Origin: an uncultured virus (IMG/VR IMGVR_UViG_3300020045_006345)
Lineage: Duplodnaviria > Heunggongvirae > Uroviricota > Caudoviricetes
Length of the DNA stretch: 64,000 nt
Virus record (IMG/VR): IMGVR_UViG_3300020045_006345
Direction: 5' to 3' (one strand)
Positions within the stretch are counted from its first letter, which is position 1. Each line of letters begins with the position of its first letter. Position numbers and translations under genes: made by a program. The notes beneath the pieces are model-generated. The model was given only the letters and a program-made list of their open reading frames with translations, ran no database searches and was not told the origin of the DNA. This document shows positions 39,311 through 49,674 of this stretch, one piece after another.

Positions 39311-40697
39311 ATTTAGCGCTTCTGGCTCATCAGGTTGGCTTACTTGTTACGGTAAGCTAACCTCGGAAGAGTTACTGCCTGATACGTATAGCCCGTATGC
39401 CGACCAAGGAAGTGCAGCACACTTCATTGGTGCGGAGTGTTTGATAAACGACAAACCGCCTTCTTTCTACGAAGGGAGAAACGTGGTTTGTTGGCAACAC
39501 GACAATGGGTCTTACGTCGAAGCGGGGCAGTGTTTTGAAGGTCAACCGCTCCCTGATGGAGCAAATGTAAGTAGTAACTGGGTTGTAGACGCAGAAATGG
39601 TCGAAAGCTTGGAGATCTACACAAACCTCGTAAAAGAGAAAACCGGTAATGGTGATCTACTTGTCGAGCAGCGTGTAGATTTTGGATGGGCTATTGGTGT
39701 AGAAGGCGCTTTCGGTACCACGGATACCGTTATTCTTAGCGCGGACGGAAAAGAAGTGACCGTAGTCGATTTGAAATATGGTTTCTCTCCCGTTGAAGCT
39801 GAAAATAACAGCCAAATGATGCTCTATGCACTAGGCACGATATACACATTCGAAGCGTTACTCGGAAAAGTCGAAAGAGTTACGATGATTATCTGTCAAC
39901 CTCGGATAAATAATATGCCGAAATGGACAATAACTATCGATGAGCTTATGGCCTTTTCTGAAGAGGCTAAAACGGCAGTTAGGATGTGTGAAAGGGCGGC
40001 GACTAGCAATTTAACGCAGGATGCCTGGGTTAAAGCTTTCTTGAGACCTTCGTACAAAGCCTGTCAGTGGTGTAAGGCGAAAGCCCGTTGCGTAGCGTTG
40101 AAAAACGAAACGCTAACAGACCTGCTACCTGCGGCTACGGATGAAGACCTCGAAGACCTCGACGCGGAAACAGTAATCGATGCTGCCCTAACACGGCTAC
40201 CCTCGATCCCTTTTGATGATTTGGCAAGACTGTACTCTGTGATAGACAAGCACGAACTGTTTATCGAAGCGATACGCATGCGTATGTGGCAAGAGATGAT
40301 GGAAGGGGAAAAGCACCCGGAATTCAAATTGGTAAAAGGTCGAGCGGGTAACCGCACTTGGCAAGATCCTGCCGCTGTAGAAGCTGCTATGAAGGCGAGT
40401 AAGCTTAGAGAGGCTGAGATGTATGACCGCAAGATCATATCACCCACAGTATGCGAGAAATTATTGAAAGACCGTCCTAAACTTTGGAAGAAATTTGACG
40501 CTATGACCTTCCGTCCGGAAGGTAAGATCGCCATTGCTCCCAGAGGTGACAAGCGACCCCCTATAGACCCGTACAATGACAATTTGGATCAACTGCCGAC
40601 TTTAGAGAACATCTCTAAAGCTCTGGAGGCTAAAGTTGGTGAGTTTATAGAACAAGACGATTCCATTTCTACGGCAGAAATGGAAGCGTTAATTTAA
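39297..40697 (+). CDS. DUF2800 Cas4-like PD-(D/E)XK exonuclease
   Basis: HHKFSASGSSGWLTC, FGTTD, VVDLKYG, NSQMMLYALG, CQWCKAKARC. Confidence 0.88.
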   Translation: MAHHKFSASGSSGWLTCYGKLTSEELLPDTYSPYADQGSAAHFIGAECLINDKPPSFYEGRNVVCWQHDNGSYVEAGQCFEGQPLPDGANVSSNWVVDAEMVESLEIYTNLVKEKTGNGDLLVEQRVDFGWAIGVEGAFGTTDTVILSADGKEVTVVDLKYGFSPVEAENNSQMMLYALGTIYTFEALLGKVERVTMIICQPRINNMPKWTITIDELMAFSEEAKTAVRMCERAATSNLTQDAWVKAFLRPSYKACQWCKAKARCVALKNETLTDLLPAATDEDLEDLDAETVIDAALTRLPSIPFDDLARLYSVIDKHELFIEAIRMRMWQEMMEGEKHPEFKLVKGRAGNRTWQDPAAVEAAMKASKLREAEMYDRKIISPTVCEKLLKDRPKLWKKFDAMTFRPEGKIAIAPRGDKRPPIDPYNDNLDQLPTLENISKALEAKVGEFIEQDDSISTAEMEALI

Positions 40698-40722
40698 TTT
40701 CAATCCTTAGAGGAATTTCAAG

Positions 40723-41280
40723 ATGGCAAAAGTAGTAATCAGAGATGCACGACTATCCTTCCCAGATCTTTTTGAAGCTGTACAGTTTCAGGGTACTGGC
40801 CCGTTCAATTACCGTGCAACATTTTTAGTCGAACCGAACAGTGAATCGGCAGTTAAACTCCATGCAGCGATTAAGCAAGTCGCCAACGAAAAATGGGGGG
40901 CGAAAGCGCAAACCTATCTCCCTGGTATCCTATCTAACCCTCAGAAAATCTGTTTTCTTGACGGTAACCTGAAAGCATATAACGGCTATGCCGATATGTG
41001 GGCCTTGTCAGCGTCTCGTAGTGCCGATGACGGCGCTCCGGTAGTCGTTGACCGTGGTAAACGTCGTATCGAAGCAAAAGACGGCATTATGTATGCTGGT
41101 TGTTACGTCAACGCTACCGTGGAAATCTGGGCACAGGATAACAGTTATGGTAAAGGCATCCGTGCGACGTTAGTGAATGTCCAGTTCGTAAAAGATGGCG
41201 AATCTTTCGGTGGCGCGGCTCCTGCAAGTGATTCAGATCTTGAAGATCTTGGTTACGATGACGACGAAGGTTTAGTTTAG
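40723..41280 (+). CDS. ssb: ssDNA-binding protein (DUF2815/gp2.5-like)
   Basis: RLSFPDLF, YAGCYVNA, VQFVKDGESFGG, acidic tail. Confidence 0.9.
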   Translation: MAKVVIRDARLSFPDLFEAVQFQGTGPFNYRATFLVEPNSESAVKLHAAIKQVANEKWGAKAQTYLPGILSNPQKICFLDGNLKAYNGYADMWALSASRSADDGAPVVVDRGKRRIEAKDGIMYAGCYVNATVEIWAQDNSYGKGIRATLVNVQFVKDGESFGGAAPASDSDLEDLGYDDDEGLV

Positions 41281-41552
41281 ATCTCAAGGGTTGAGCCAAA
41301 CTTAAAAACAGCAGGCTGCTCTTGGTTGCGCAGTCTTACAAATTTCCAATGCTGCACGTAGAATCCCAAAACATAGTTCTTGGTAGACGCAGTTAATCCC
41401 TGGCTCGTAATTTAATGGGGGCAATTGGAAAAGCAACCACCTTTAATCTAACTGGAGAAATATCATGCAATATCCACCATCGGTGGGTTCTTCTTGGACT
41501 CGCACAAGCGACGGCGCGAAAGTAGCCGCTGCAGAAAAACGGAGAAAACGGC

Positions 41553-41735
41553 ATGAGCGAAATGTCCGACACCAAAAATAGTGGTAAACCTGCCTCTCAA
41601 CTTACCAAACAAGAGTACGTCGCCGCTATAATCCTACAGGGTTTTTGCAGCGGCAGAAATCCGGGTGAGATAGGTACCAAGGCCATCATAGAGGCTGATA
41701 GCCTAGCGCACAGACTATTGGAAAAACCGGAATGA
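41553..41735 (+). CDS. Hypothetical protein
   Basis: LTKQEYVAAIILQG..ADSL, a common phage motif. Confidence 0.6.
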   Translation: MSEMSDTKNSGKPASQLTKQEYVAAIILQGFCSGRNPGEIGTKAIIEADSLAHRLLEKPE

Positions 41736-41862
41736 GAACAGTATTCTCCTTGATATGTACGTTCTTAGCATACACCATCTACGCTACACATTTAAGCTAA
41801 CCCATAATCTTTGCGCTTATCTTTTTTCTTGGACTGGAAACCTTATTAAGGAAAATGGAACT

Positions 41863-43956
41863 ATGAATATCGTTTGGGCAGACACCGAAACAGGTTCAGA
41901 ATGTGACTTAAAAGCCCAGGGGGTGTACCGGTACGCGGAACACCCTTCTACCCACATCCAGTTGTTTTCCTTTATATTCGACGACGAGGATGAGGTTCAC
42001 TTGTGGAGTCCACGGGATGGGGAGCCTATGCCACACAAACTTAAAATGGCCTTCGCTAACCCGCAGGTCGTTTTTTATTTCCACAACGCGCAATTCGATA
42101 GGATCTTGATTGAGTACACGTTGGGGATAAAAATCCCCATTAACCGGTATCGTTGCATCATGGCCCATGCACTGTCGCACAGTCTACCTGGAGCTTTAGA
42201 ATCTTTAGGGGATGTGCTGGGCGTTCGTGACGACGCTAAAAAGATTAAAGACGGTCGAAGATTGGTTCTGAAATTCTGTAAACCAAAAAAACAAAAAGAC
42301 GGATCTTTAGTGTGGTCTACTCCAGAAACTGACCCAGAAGATTGGGCTAAGTACAAGGAATACTGCAAGATGGACACGTTCTCTATGCGGGAAGTGGCAC
42401 GTAAAATGCCATCGTGGAATTACCCACGGGAGACAGAACTTGCGCTTTGGATACTCGACCAAGAGATGAACGATCGCGGCATGCAGATCGATATGGAGTT
42501 GGTACGTGCAGCCGTTGGCGCAGTAGAAGAAGAACAGAAACTTCTGGCGCGACAAGCCCACGATATGACCTCCGGTGCGGTAGAAGCCGCCACACAACGG
42601 GATGCAATGCTTGCTCACATCCTCGAAGAGTATGGTGTACAGCTACCGGATATGAAAAAGTCCACGATGGAAAAAGCGGTAGATAACCCGGAATTTCCCG
42701 CACCGCTACGAGATCTCATCCAAGTACGATTATCAGCCAGTACGTCCAGTACCGCTAAGTATAAAAAACTTATCATGGCTACCGGGAGCGATAGCCGTTT
42801 ACGCGGTACCGTACAGTATTGTGGCGCGTCACGTACTGGTCGAGATGCAGGCCGAATATTTCAGCCACAAAATTTGCCATCTCGCGGCCTGCTTAAAGAA
42901 GACGATGTTAAGATCGGTATCGAAGCCCTAAAAATCAACGAGCACCGGATCTTAGGTTACGACACAATGCACCTTGCGAGTAGTGCTTTACGGTACGCAA
43001 TCTGCGCACCCCAAGGTAAGAAATTAGTGATTTCGGATTTATCTGCTATCGAGGGTCGTGCGCTTGCGTATCTGGCTAACGAAGAGTGGAAAATAGAAGC
43101 CTACCGTGCTTGCGATATGGACGACAACGCCCCGGACTTGTACAAAATGTCGTATGCCAAAGCTTTCAAGATTGACCCTTACACGGTAACCAAAGACCAA
43201 CGACAAGTTGGTAAAGTATTAGAGTTGGCTATGGGTTACGCAGGCGGCGTAGGGGCGTTCGTAACGTTCGCTTTGAGCTTTGGTATCGATCTTGATGAGT
43301 TGGCCCAAAAAGTGATCCCTACGGCCCCCAAAAAGACGATGGACGAGGCTTTGAGCTTTTACGATTGGATCGTAAAGGTTAAGGGCAAAACATACGGTAT
43401 GTCCAGAGAGACCTTTGCTGCCGTGGATTGTCTTAAACGCTTGTGGCGAGAAGGACACCCTGCAACCGTTCAGCTCTGGGAGGATGCCAGCAACGCTATA
43501 AAAATGGCTATCTGCACACCTAAGAAGAAGTTTTATTTTGGTAACAACATGTTCGCGTCCAGATCAGGTTCTTGGGTCAGACTACATCTACCAAGTGGAC
43601 ACATCCTGTGCTACCCAGGAATGAAATTCGATGATAAAGGGAACTTGGAATTTCTGGGGGTTAATCAGTTTTCCAGAAAATGGGGGCCAATCAAAACACA
43701 TGGGGGGAAGGCGGTAGAAAACCTAACACAAGCTTTTAGTCGCGATATCTTCAAGTACGGACAAATCCAGGCCGATAAAGCCGGGTATAAAGTCGTACTG
43801 GTAGTTCACGATGAGATTGTTGCAGAAGTCCCAGATAGGCCAGAGTGGTCGGCGGAGGAATTAGAACGCCTTATGTCGCAACAACCACCGTGGGCTTCTG
43901 ATATGCCGCTACACGCTAAAGGCTTTGAAGATTATAGATACCATAAGGAGGACTAA
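41863..43956 (+). CDS. polA: DNA polymerase, family A
   Basis: DTET exonuclease I, HNAQFD, SDLSAIEGR, RQVGKVLELAMGY, VHDEIV. Confidence 0.95.
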   Translation: MNIVWADTETGSECDLKAQGVYRYAEHPSTHIQLFSFIFDDEDEVHLWSPRDGEPMPHKLKMAFANPQVVFYFHNAQFDRILIEYTLGIKIPINRYRCIMAHALSHSLPGALESLGDVLGVRDDAKKIKDGRRLVLKFCKPKKQKDGSLVWSTPETDPEDWAKYKEYCKMDTFSMREVARKMPSWNYPRETELALWILDQEMNDRGMQIDMELVRAAVGAVEEEQKLLARQAHDMTSGAVEAATQRDAMLAHILEEYGVQLPDMKKSTMEKAVDNPEFPAPLRDLIQVRLSASTSSTAKYKKLIMATGSDSRLRGTVQYCGASRTGRDAGRIFQPQNLPSRGLLKEDDVKIGIEALKINEHRILGYDTMHLASSALRYAICAPQGKKLVISDLSAIEGRALAYLANEEWKIEAYRACDMDDNAPDLYKMSYAKAFKIDPYTVTKDQRQVGKVLELAMGYAGGVGAFVTFALSFGIDLDELAQKVIPTAPKKTMDEALSFYDWIVKVKGKTYGMSRETFAAVDCLKRLWREGHPATVQLWEDASNAIKMAICTPKKKFYFGNNMFASRSGSWVRLHLPSGHILCYPGMKFDDKGNLEFLGVNQFSRKWGPIKTHGGKAVENLTQAFSRDIFKYGQIQADKAGYKVVLVVHDEIVAEVPDRPEWSAEELERLMSQQPPWASDMPLHAKGFEDYRYHKED

Positions 43957-44141
43957 TGTCCCTAATTAGAATAACAGAAGACGATGGTACGGTGTCGATA
44001 GTTGCTACGCCATATGACGCTGCGAAGGTAGAGATTCTACCTTCGCCTAGCGAGATCCCGGTACACGAAGAGAAACTTTCCCAGTGGAATCGTGACACTT
44101 TTCGCGGGCGGGTAGAAACCGTCCGCTATATCCAGAACTAG
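43956..44141 (+). CDS. Hypothetical protein
   Basis: 61 aa with GGAGG RBS. Confidence 0.5.
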   Translation: MSLIRITEDDGTVSIVATPYDAAKVEILPSPSEIPVHEEKLSQWNRDTFRGRVETVRYIQN

Positions 44142-44232
44142 ACAAACCCTACTGGAGAAAAGGCAGATGGTAGCGCACCAGTCAATATCCTGTGGAGTTA
44201 AAAAAGAATACCAATCTTTCTAAAAATAGTTG

Positions 44233-44260
44233 TTGACACACCCGTGTCAGATGCTACAAT
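44233..44260 (+). promoter_or_regulatory. Promoter with palindromic operator over the -35
   Basis: TTGACA, TGc-TACAAT; TGACAC-ACCC-GTGTCA palindrome at 44234-44249. Confidence 0.65.
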
Positions 44261-44316
44261 AGCCTCACGTTCTACAGATGTGGGGCGCTTAAACCACAAA
44301 ATATAGGAGAAAACCC

Positions 44317-44760
44317 ATGAGCATATCTGCTGAAACCAAAAAACTAGAAGATTTTATCGCCTCTTGTACCGATGAAATTGAGCCAAAAGGCGTAATTGAT
44401 TCTGTCGAAGCGGCAGAAGCGTACTACGAACGCTTGAAGATTAGAGCGGCCCATCTAAGAAATATCCCTTCCGTTTCCTCTGTGATAGCCCGAAATACCG
44501 AATTGTTTTCTGCGCTTAATGACGCTTTGCGCCGGGAGACTGAGCTAGGATTGCAAGTTTCAAAACTGCAAGCAGAATTGGCTTTCTTATCTCAGACTAA
44601 TGCTTTACATACTAAAGAGATAGGTAAAGCCAGAGCGGAAAGGAACTTCGCGATAAACGAACTTCAGACCGATAGGATTAACTTTGCCCAAGCTCGTAAA
44701 GAATTTGAGTTCATGGCTAAAGCTTTTCACGCAGTATTTTTTAATGGGAGAATTTCATGA
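44317..44760 (+). CDS. Hypothetical coiled-coil protein
   Basis: 147-aa ORF with AGGAG RBS. Confidence 0.65.
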   Translation: MSISAETKKLEDFIASCTDEIEPKGVIDSVEAAEAYYERLKIRAAHLRNIPSVSSVIARNTELFSALNDALRRETELGLQVSKLQAELAFLSQTNALHTKEIGKARAERNFAINELQTDRINFAQARKEFEFMAKAFHAVFFNGRIS

Positions 44761-45674
44761 GTACCCAAGCTAAAAATCTTGCAGCGAAAGCTGAACACGG
44801 ACTAAAACTCTACATGACCATGCACGGTCTTTCCGCACTCGTACCTGACATTAGGGACAGTGTAATCACGATGAGAAACATAATTAGCGACCTACCAAAA
44901 GTTCCGCATTTCGCAGTAGACCTGGATCTCGTAGATAATAAACAACTAATCCCAGAGGCGAATAAAAGTAACCTCAGATTGCCATACCCCAAGTTCACGT
45001 TGGAGTACGATCTAGCATCCGAACTGCCTAAGGAACGACAAGAAGAATCAATGTGGGTAGTAGCCGTAGTCTCAGAATATATTCGTAGCGAAGGTGAACA
45101 GTTAAAACGAAACGCAGCTTATCCAGAGGATATGGGTTTCATAAAAATAACCGTAATCGTAGGTGGTACTGGTGGCGCATGTTTCCCGTGTGAATACGAC
45201 CTCATCGTAAGCTCCTATAACTTTTTAGTAGATGCAGAGACAACCTGCGTAGAAGCGTATAAACAACCCAGTATAAGTTCGCTGTATAGCTTGATAAGTA
45301 CGAATAGAGAGACTAAAGATCAGCTTCTAAATATAGTTTTAATGCAAGTACCGCGAGTGTTAACGTTCTTATACTTGCTGTCTCAACGACATACAGAGGT
45401 TGTTCCGCACCAGGAAAAACCATCGAAAAAGGCGGCAGAAGCCCGTAGGAAGGCCAAAAAACTTCCGCTATACGAAACTAAGACTATCAAGCTACACGTC
45501 GTAGAAAAGGTCCAAGAAGGCGAATCTAGGGGTGGTACTCACGCCTCCCCAAAACAACACGATCGAATGGGCCATTGGCGGCACCTATCGAAAGGTAAAA
45601 TTTGGATCAGGGCTACTACGGTAGGTGATCCAAAGCGCGGCAGAATCAACAAAACATATCAACTGGAGAACTAA
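44757..45674 (+). CDS. Hypothetical protein with C-terminal HxSPxxHxRxGHWR motif
   Basis: GGTHASPKQHDRMGHWR...IWIRATTVG. Confidence 0.7.
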   Translation: MSTQAKNLAAKAEHGLKLYMTMHGLSALVPDIRDSVITMRNIISDLPKVPHFAVDLDLVDNKQLIPEANKSNLRLPYPKFTLEYDLASELPKERQEESMWVVAVVSEYIRSEGEQLKRNAAYPEDMGFIKITVIVGGTGGACFPCEYDLIVSSYNFLVDAETTCVEAYKQPSISSLYSLISTNRETKDQLLNIVLMQVPRVLTFLYLLSQRHTEVVPHQEKPSKKAAEARRKAKKLPLYETKTIKLHVVEKVQEGESRGGTHASPKQHDRMGHWRHLSKGKIWIRATTVGDPKRGRINKTYQLEN

Positions 45675-45675
45675 G

Positions 45676-45948
45676 ATGAGTATTATATCTGCATTAAACG
45701 AAGCACAAACCCAAGCTGAAAGTTTACAAAAAGCTTATGAAAGGGCCACTTACGATAACCACGAACTACTGATAAAGTTTAGTGGCGCGGAAAACGAACT
45801 AAAACACACTAAAGTAACAGTAGCTGTGCTAGACAGAGAAGTATTAGAGTTAAAGCGCAAGCTAAAATTTTTTGCAACTCTCGCAACAGTTTTGCTGTTG
45901 GTTGCTGCAGGTTTAACTTTTAAAGTCGTAGGTTTAGCGTGGCTTTAA
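45676..45948 (+). CDS. Coiled-coil protein with C-terminal TM helix
   Basis: ATG 45676 with ACTGGAGA RBS. Confidence 0.6.
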   Translation: MSIISALNEAQTQAESLQKAYERATYDNHELLIKFSGAENELKHTKVTVAVLDREVLELKRKLKFFATLATVLLLVAAGLTFKVVGLAWL

Positions 45949-46175
45949 CAATCCGCGAAACGAATACGCATCGACTGTATGTGAAACATCGCCCTTCCGT
46001 TTATTTTGTCTCGGAACTAAAAAGCCCTATCTTCAGGCGCGTAGAATTCCCGGCGGATCTGGTAAATGCGTTAAAAACCCTCTCACAACAGGAGTTTGAG
46101 AAAACTATAACGGAAGCTCTCGACCTAGCTGAAAGTGTTGGAGCAGCCATCTATTACGAGTGCAAAACATGCTAA
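45939..46175 (+). CDS. Hypothetical protein
   Basis: 78-aa ORF. Confidence 0.5.
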   Translation: MALTIRETNTHRLYVKHRPSVYFVSELKSPIFRRVEFPADLVNALKTLSQQEFEKTITEALDLAESVGAAIYYECKTC

Positions 46176-46684
46176 TAGGATTTACAGGTAAAGCAGGGGT
46201 TGGTAAAGATACCGCTTTTGGCTTTATAAAAGAAGTTTACCCGGAAGCTCAACGATTCGCTTTTGCGGATCCGATACGGAACGCGGTACAAGCGGCGTTC
46301 CCATACATAGACTTTAGTAAATTGAGTAAAGAAGATATGATCCCACAATTGGGGGTCACGGTGCGATACTTGTACCAAACACTAGGTACAGAATGGGGGC
46401 GAGACATAATAGGTCCAAATTGCTGGATACTGGGTTTAGAGGAGGCGTACAAATTGTCGGACATGCTAGTTGTAACGGATGTGCGTTTTGACAACGAGGC
46501 TAGGGAGATTCAACGTTTGGGAGGAGTTATCGTCCAAATACTTCGCCCAGATGCTACGCGGTTAACGCATAGGTCTGAATTGGGGGTACGTTTTGACTAC
46601 ATAGAGCACGTAGTTATAAACCATGATACTCCAGAAGTTTTTAGAAACAATATCTTAGGGGCAATAAAATGTATCAGTACTTAG
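46169..46684 (+). CDS. Deoxynucleoside monophosphate kinase
   Basis: [36 protein letters not shown]. Confidence 0.9.
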   Translation: MLIGFTGKAGVGKDTAFGFIKEVYPEAQRFAFADPIRNAVQAAFPYIDFSKLSKEDMIPQLGVTVRYLYQTLGTEWGRDIIGPNCWILGLEEAYKLSDMLVVTDVRFDNEAREIQRLGGVIVQILRPDATRLTHRSELGVRFDYIEHVVINHDTPEVFRNNILGAIKCIST

Positions 46685-47487
46685 ACCTAGCTAGAAATAT
46701 TCTCCATGGTGGGTGTGTAAAAGGTGATCGCACAGGTACCGGTACCCGATCTCTGTTCGGAGAACAACTCCGTTTTGATCTCAACAGAGGGTTTCCCATG
46801 ATTACTACGAAGCGAGTCAATTTTAGAGCAATTGTGGGAGAGCTTTTGTGGTTCCTATCTGGTTCTACAAACGTAAAACCTTTGAATTTTGAAGGTATTA
46901 AGATTTGGGATGCTTGGGCAACAGAGGACGGTAGTCTTGGCCCGGTGTATGGTCACCAGTTTAGAAAGTGGAATGGTTGCCATGACCAAATCTCCGAACT
47001 GATGACTAACTTGCGCCAGCGCCCAGATAGTCGTCGCCACATAGTATCCGCATGGAACGTGTCGGACCTGCCGGATGAGGCACTGACACCGCAGCAAAAC
47101 GTTCTAATGGGTAAAATGGCCTTAGCCCCATGCCATTGTATGTTCCAGTTTTATGTAGCGGATGGCTACCTAAGCTGCCAGCTTATGCAAAGATCATGCG
47201 ATTTTTTCATTGGCGCGCCCTACAATATCGCTAGTTATGCTTTACTAACGCACATGGTCGCGCAGCAACTGGGGCTACAGGTACACGAACTCATTGTTAC
47301 ATACGGGGACGTACACATTTATGAAAACCACATATCTCAGATTACAGAACAGTTATCTCGCGATCCAATGCCGCTACCAAAACTCAATTTATCTTGTGCG
47401 CCATCTATTTTTGATTACACCCTAGAGCGTTTTGCTCTGGAAAACTACGAGGCATGGCCTGCTATTTCGGCACCGGTGGCGGTGTAA
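46669..47487 (+). CDS. thyA: Thymidylate synthase
   Basis: DRTGTGT, ELLWFL, PDSRR, ALAPCH, QRSCD, PYNIASY, HIYENH. Confidence 0.97.
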   Translation: MYQYLDLARNILHGGCVKGDRTGTGTRSLFGEQLRFDLNRGFPMITTKRVNFRAIVGELLWFLSGSTNVKPLNFEGIKIWDAWATEDGSLGPVYGHQFRKWNGCHDQISELMTNLRQRPDSRRHIVSAWNVSDLPDEALTPQQNVLMGKMALAPCHCMFQFYVADGYLSCQLMQRSCDFFIGAPYNIASYALLTHMVAQQLGLQVHELIVTYGDVHIYENHISQITEQLSRDPMPLPKLNLSCAPSIFDYTLERFALENYEAWPAISAPVAV

Positions 47488-47488
47488 C

Positions 47489-48037
47489 ATGGACGTCTCT
47501 CTAATTGTTGCGCACGATCTTAACGGTTTGATCGGGGTTGACGGTAAACTGCCATGGCACATTCCCGACGATCTAAAGCATTTTAAAGCGCGAACTGCGG
47601 GTGTCGCGGTGATTATGGGCCGTAAAACATATGAGTCTCTACCAGTTAGACCGTTACCAGGACGCACAAACGTCGTTTTAAGTCGCCACGCGGAGGACGG
47701 TTTATACATAGGTCGAGATGGGCATTACAATTGTGACAGCATGGTGAGCGCACTTGCTACTTTAGAACATATTCTTGGTGTTAAAGACGCCTTTATCATC
47801 GGAGGTACTGAGGTATTCTCTGAGGGCATGAAGTACGCCAATACTATCTATCGCACGGTTGTAGAGACAGCGATTCGGACTGAGGACAAACCTTGCAGCT
47901 ACTTTAGAGAGTTTGACCGTATAGTTCGCCCTGAATGGGACTGTTATGGGGTATCGTGGAACATACACCAAGGTGTGGTTATACGTTACGAGACCTTTAA
48001 ACGTTTTAAGCGAGCGCAGTATGCAGCTATTATATGA
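47489..48037 (+). CDS. folA: Dihydrofolate reductase
   Basis: [34 protein letters not shown]. Confidence 0.95.
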   Translation: MDVSLIVAHDLNGLIGVDGKLPWHIPDDLKHFKARTAGVAVIMGRKTYESLPVRPLPGRTNVVLSRHAEDGLYIGRDGHYNCDSMVSALATLEHILGVKDAFIIGGTEVFSEGMKYANTIYRTVVETAIRTEDKPCSYFREFDRIVRPEWDCYGVSWNIHQGVVIRYETFKRFKRAQYAAII

Positions 48038-48211
48038 CGTAAATCGTTGTCAGGGTGTCGGTTGCGTACAAGCAAAAACTTGCCTGCGGCACACGATAAT
48101 CCCAGAAGACGTTAAGGCTGCAAGACTTCGTGCGATGGATGGGGATTCTGGGTTGTACCTATTCTCGTACTCAGTTTTCATGGCTTCAGAAACTTCAGAG
48201 GATGGCTCTGT

Positions 48212-48526
48212 TTGCGAATACTACATACCCACCGAGTAAAAGAACGCGTCATAGAAGGGTATTTCAGGAAGCGCATGCTTAATGCGTTCCCTGGGTGTCA
48301 GGTTCATAAATACACTCCCAGGAAGGGTGAACCGGACAGAATTTGCTTGCTTCCAGGGGGTATAGCGGTGTTCGTCGAGTTAAAACGACCAGGGGAAAAA
48401 CCCCGTCCAGAACAGCATAGAGCCTTGGGTAGGCTACGGGATCTCGGATACACCGCAACGTGGTTGTCTACCCGAGAAGAAATTGACAAATTTATACTGG
48501 AGTTAAAAAGTTATGAACTTATTTGA
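48212..48526 (+). CDS. VRR-NUC nuclease
   Basis: GEPDRICLLPGG..VFVELKRPGEKPRPEQ. Confidence 0.88.
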   Translation: MRILHTHRVKERVIEGYFRKRMLNAFPGCQVHKYTPRKGEPDRICLLPGGIAVFVELKRPGEKPRPEQHRALGRLRDLGYTATWLSTREEIDKFILELKSYELI

Positions 48527-48754
48527 GTACCTAGTGATAGGCACATTTATTTTGGCGGTAGTGGCCTTTGGCTACGCTATCTTTAAAATGGCGGCACCGT
48601 ACCACCATGATGAACACGGGGATGGTTTCTGATGAACGTTTTTATGCAATTTTTAACAACTACAGCTTTAGTTACGGTGTTTCTTATCGCATACACCGTT
48701 CTGCGAATCCCTTTAGGGGAGCGGAATGACGATGAATCCCACTGGGAGGACTAA

Positions 48755-49402
48755 ATGAACCCATTAGCGTTTGTACGAAATGCCGAAGCAATGGCGGAAC
48801 ATTCAAAAGACCCTTCGACCAAAGTAGGGTGCGTAGTTATCGATGTTGATAGCAATATTATCGCTTCTGGATTCAATGGCTTCCCAAGGGGGGTTAATGA
48901 CGACCAAGCTCGGTATGCAGATCGTACCGAAAAACTAAAGTTCGTGGCTCACGCTGAAGCAAACGCAATCGCTCAGGCCGCACGAACAGGGGCTAAGTTG
49001 TTGGGTGGGACGATGATACTAACGGCACTCTACCCTTGTTCGAATTGTGCGAAACTCATCATCCAGGCCGGGATTAGAAAAATCTATGCCCCTGTCATGG
49101 ATAGAGCAACCCGCAACGCTAGTTGGTTTCACGAAATGGGGATCTCCAGCACGATGTTTGAAGAAGCTGGGGTAGAGGTGGTTACATATCATAACGGTAG
49201 TCCGGTGATGGACGAAGATATTTATAGCCTGGAACTTTCGGTAAGAACGCTAAACTGCCTGAAAACCAGCGATATTCTTACTGTGAAGGACTTGGCGAGT
49301 ACCAATGAAGAGTATCTGTTAAGTATCCCGGCGTTTGGTAAAAACTGTCTGCGCGAAGTTAAAAGTGCACTTGAAGATCGAGGATTAGGGTTGGTAAAAT
49401 GA
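48755..49402 (+). CDS. dCMP deaminase fused to an RNA polymerase alpha-CTD-like domain
   Basis: SKDPSTKVG, GFNG, HAEANAI, PCSNC; then LELSVRTLNCLK...LLSIPAFGKNCLREVKSALEDRGL. Confidence 0.88.
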   Translation: MNPLAFVRNAEAMAEHSKDPSTKVGCVVIDVDSNIIASGFNGFPRGVNDDQARYADRTEKLKFVAHAEANAIAQAARTGAKLLGGTMILTALYPCSNCAKLIIQAGIRKIYAPVMDRATRNASWFHEMGISSTMFEEAGVEVVTYHNGSPVMDEDIYSLELSVRTLNCLKTSDILTVKDLASTNEEYLLSIPAFGKNCLREVKSALEDRGLGLVK

Positions 49403-49674
49403 ACATTCCAAGCAATTTCACACTAGAAGAAGCTCTTAAACTCGTACCCGTACACCCGGAATTAGAGACCCGTATATGGACTTTAATCGAAGAGAACACC
49501 GAGTATCAGGAAATTATAGAATCCATGGAGGCTCAGATGGACGATCTGAAACGTGAGGTATCAACCTTAGAGTGCGAAATCGAAGAATTAGGTTGCAATC
49601 TATACTCTAAGGAAGCTCTTATCTCCGAGTTGGAAGAGGAAATTCGAGAATTAAAAGATGCAATACAAACCTAG
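49399..49674 (+). CDS. Hypothetical coiled-coil protein
   Basis: 91-aa acidic heptad ORF. Confidence 0.6.
   Translation: MNIPSNFTLEEALKLVPVHPELETRIWTLIEENTEYQEIIESMEAQMDDLKREVSTLECEIEELGCNLYSKEALISELEEEIRELKDAIQT

Noticed and set aside
39297..40697. Cas4 as evidence of a CRISPR-Cas system
   Set aside because: It is the DUF2800 nuclease normally found with DUF2815 SSB and Pol A in phage replication modules.
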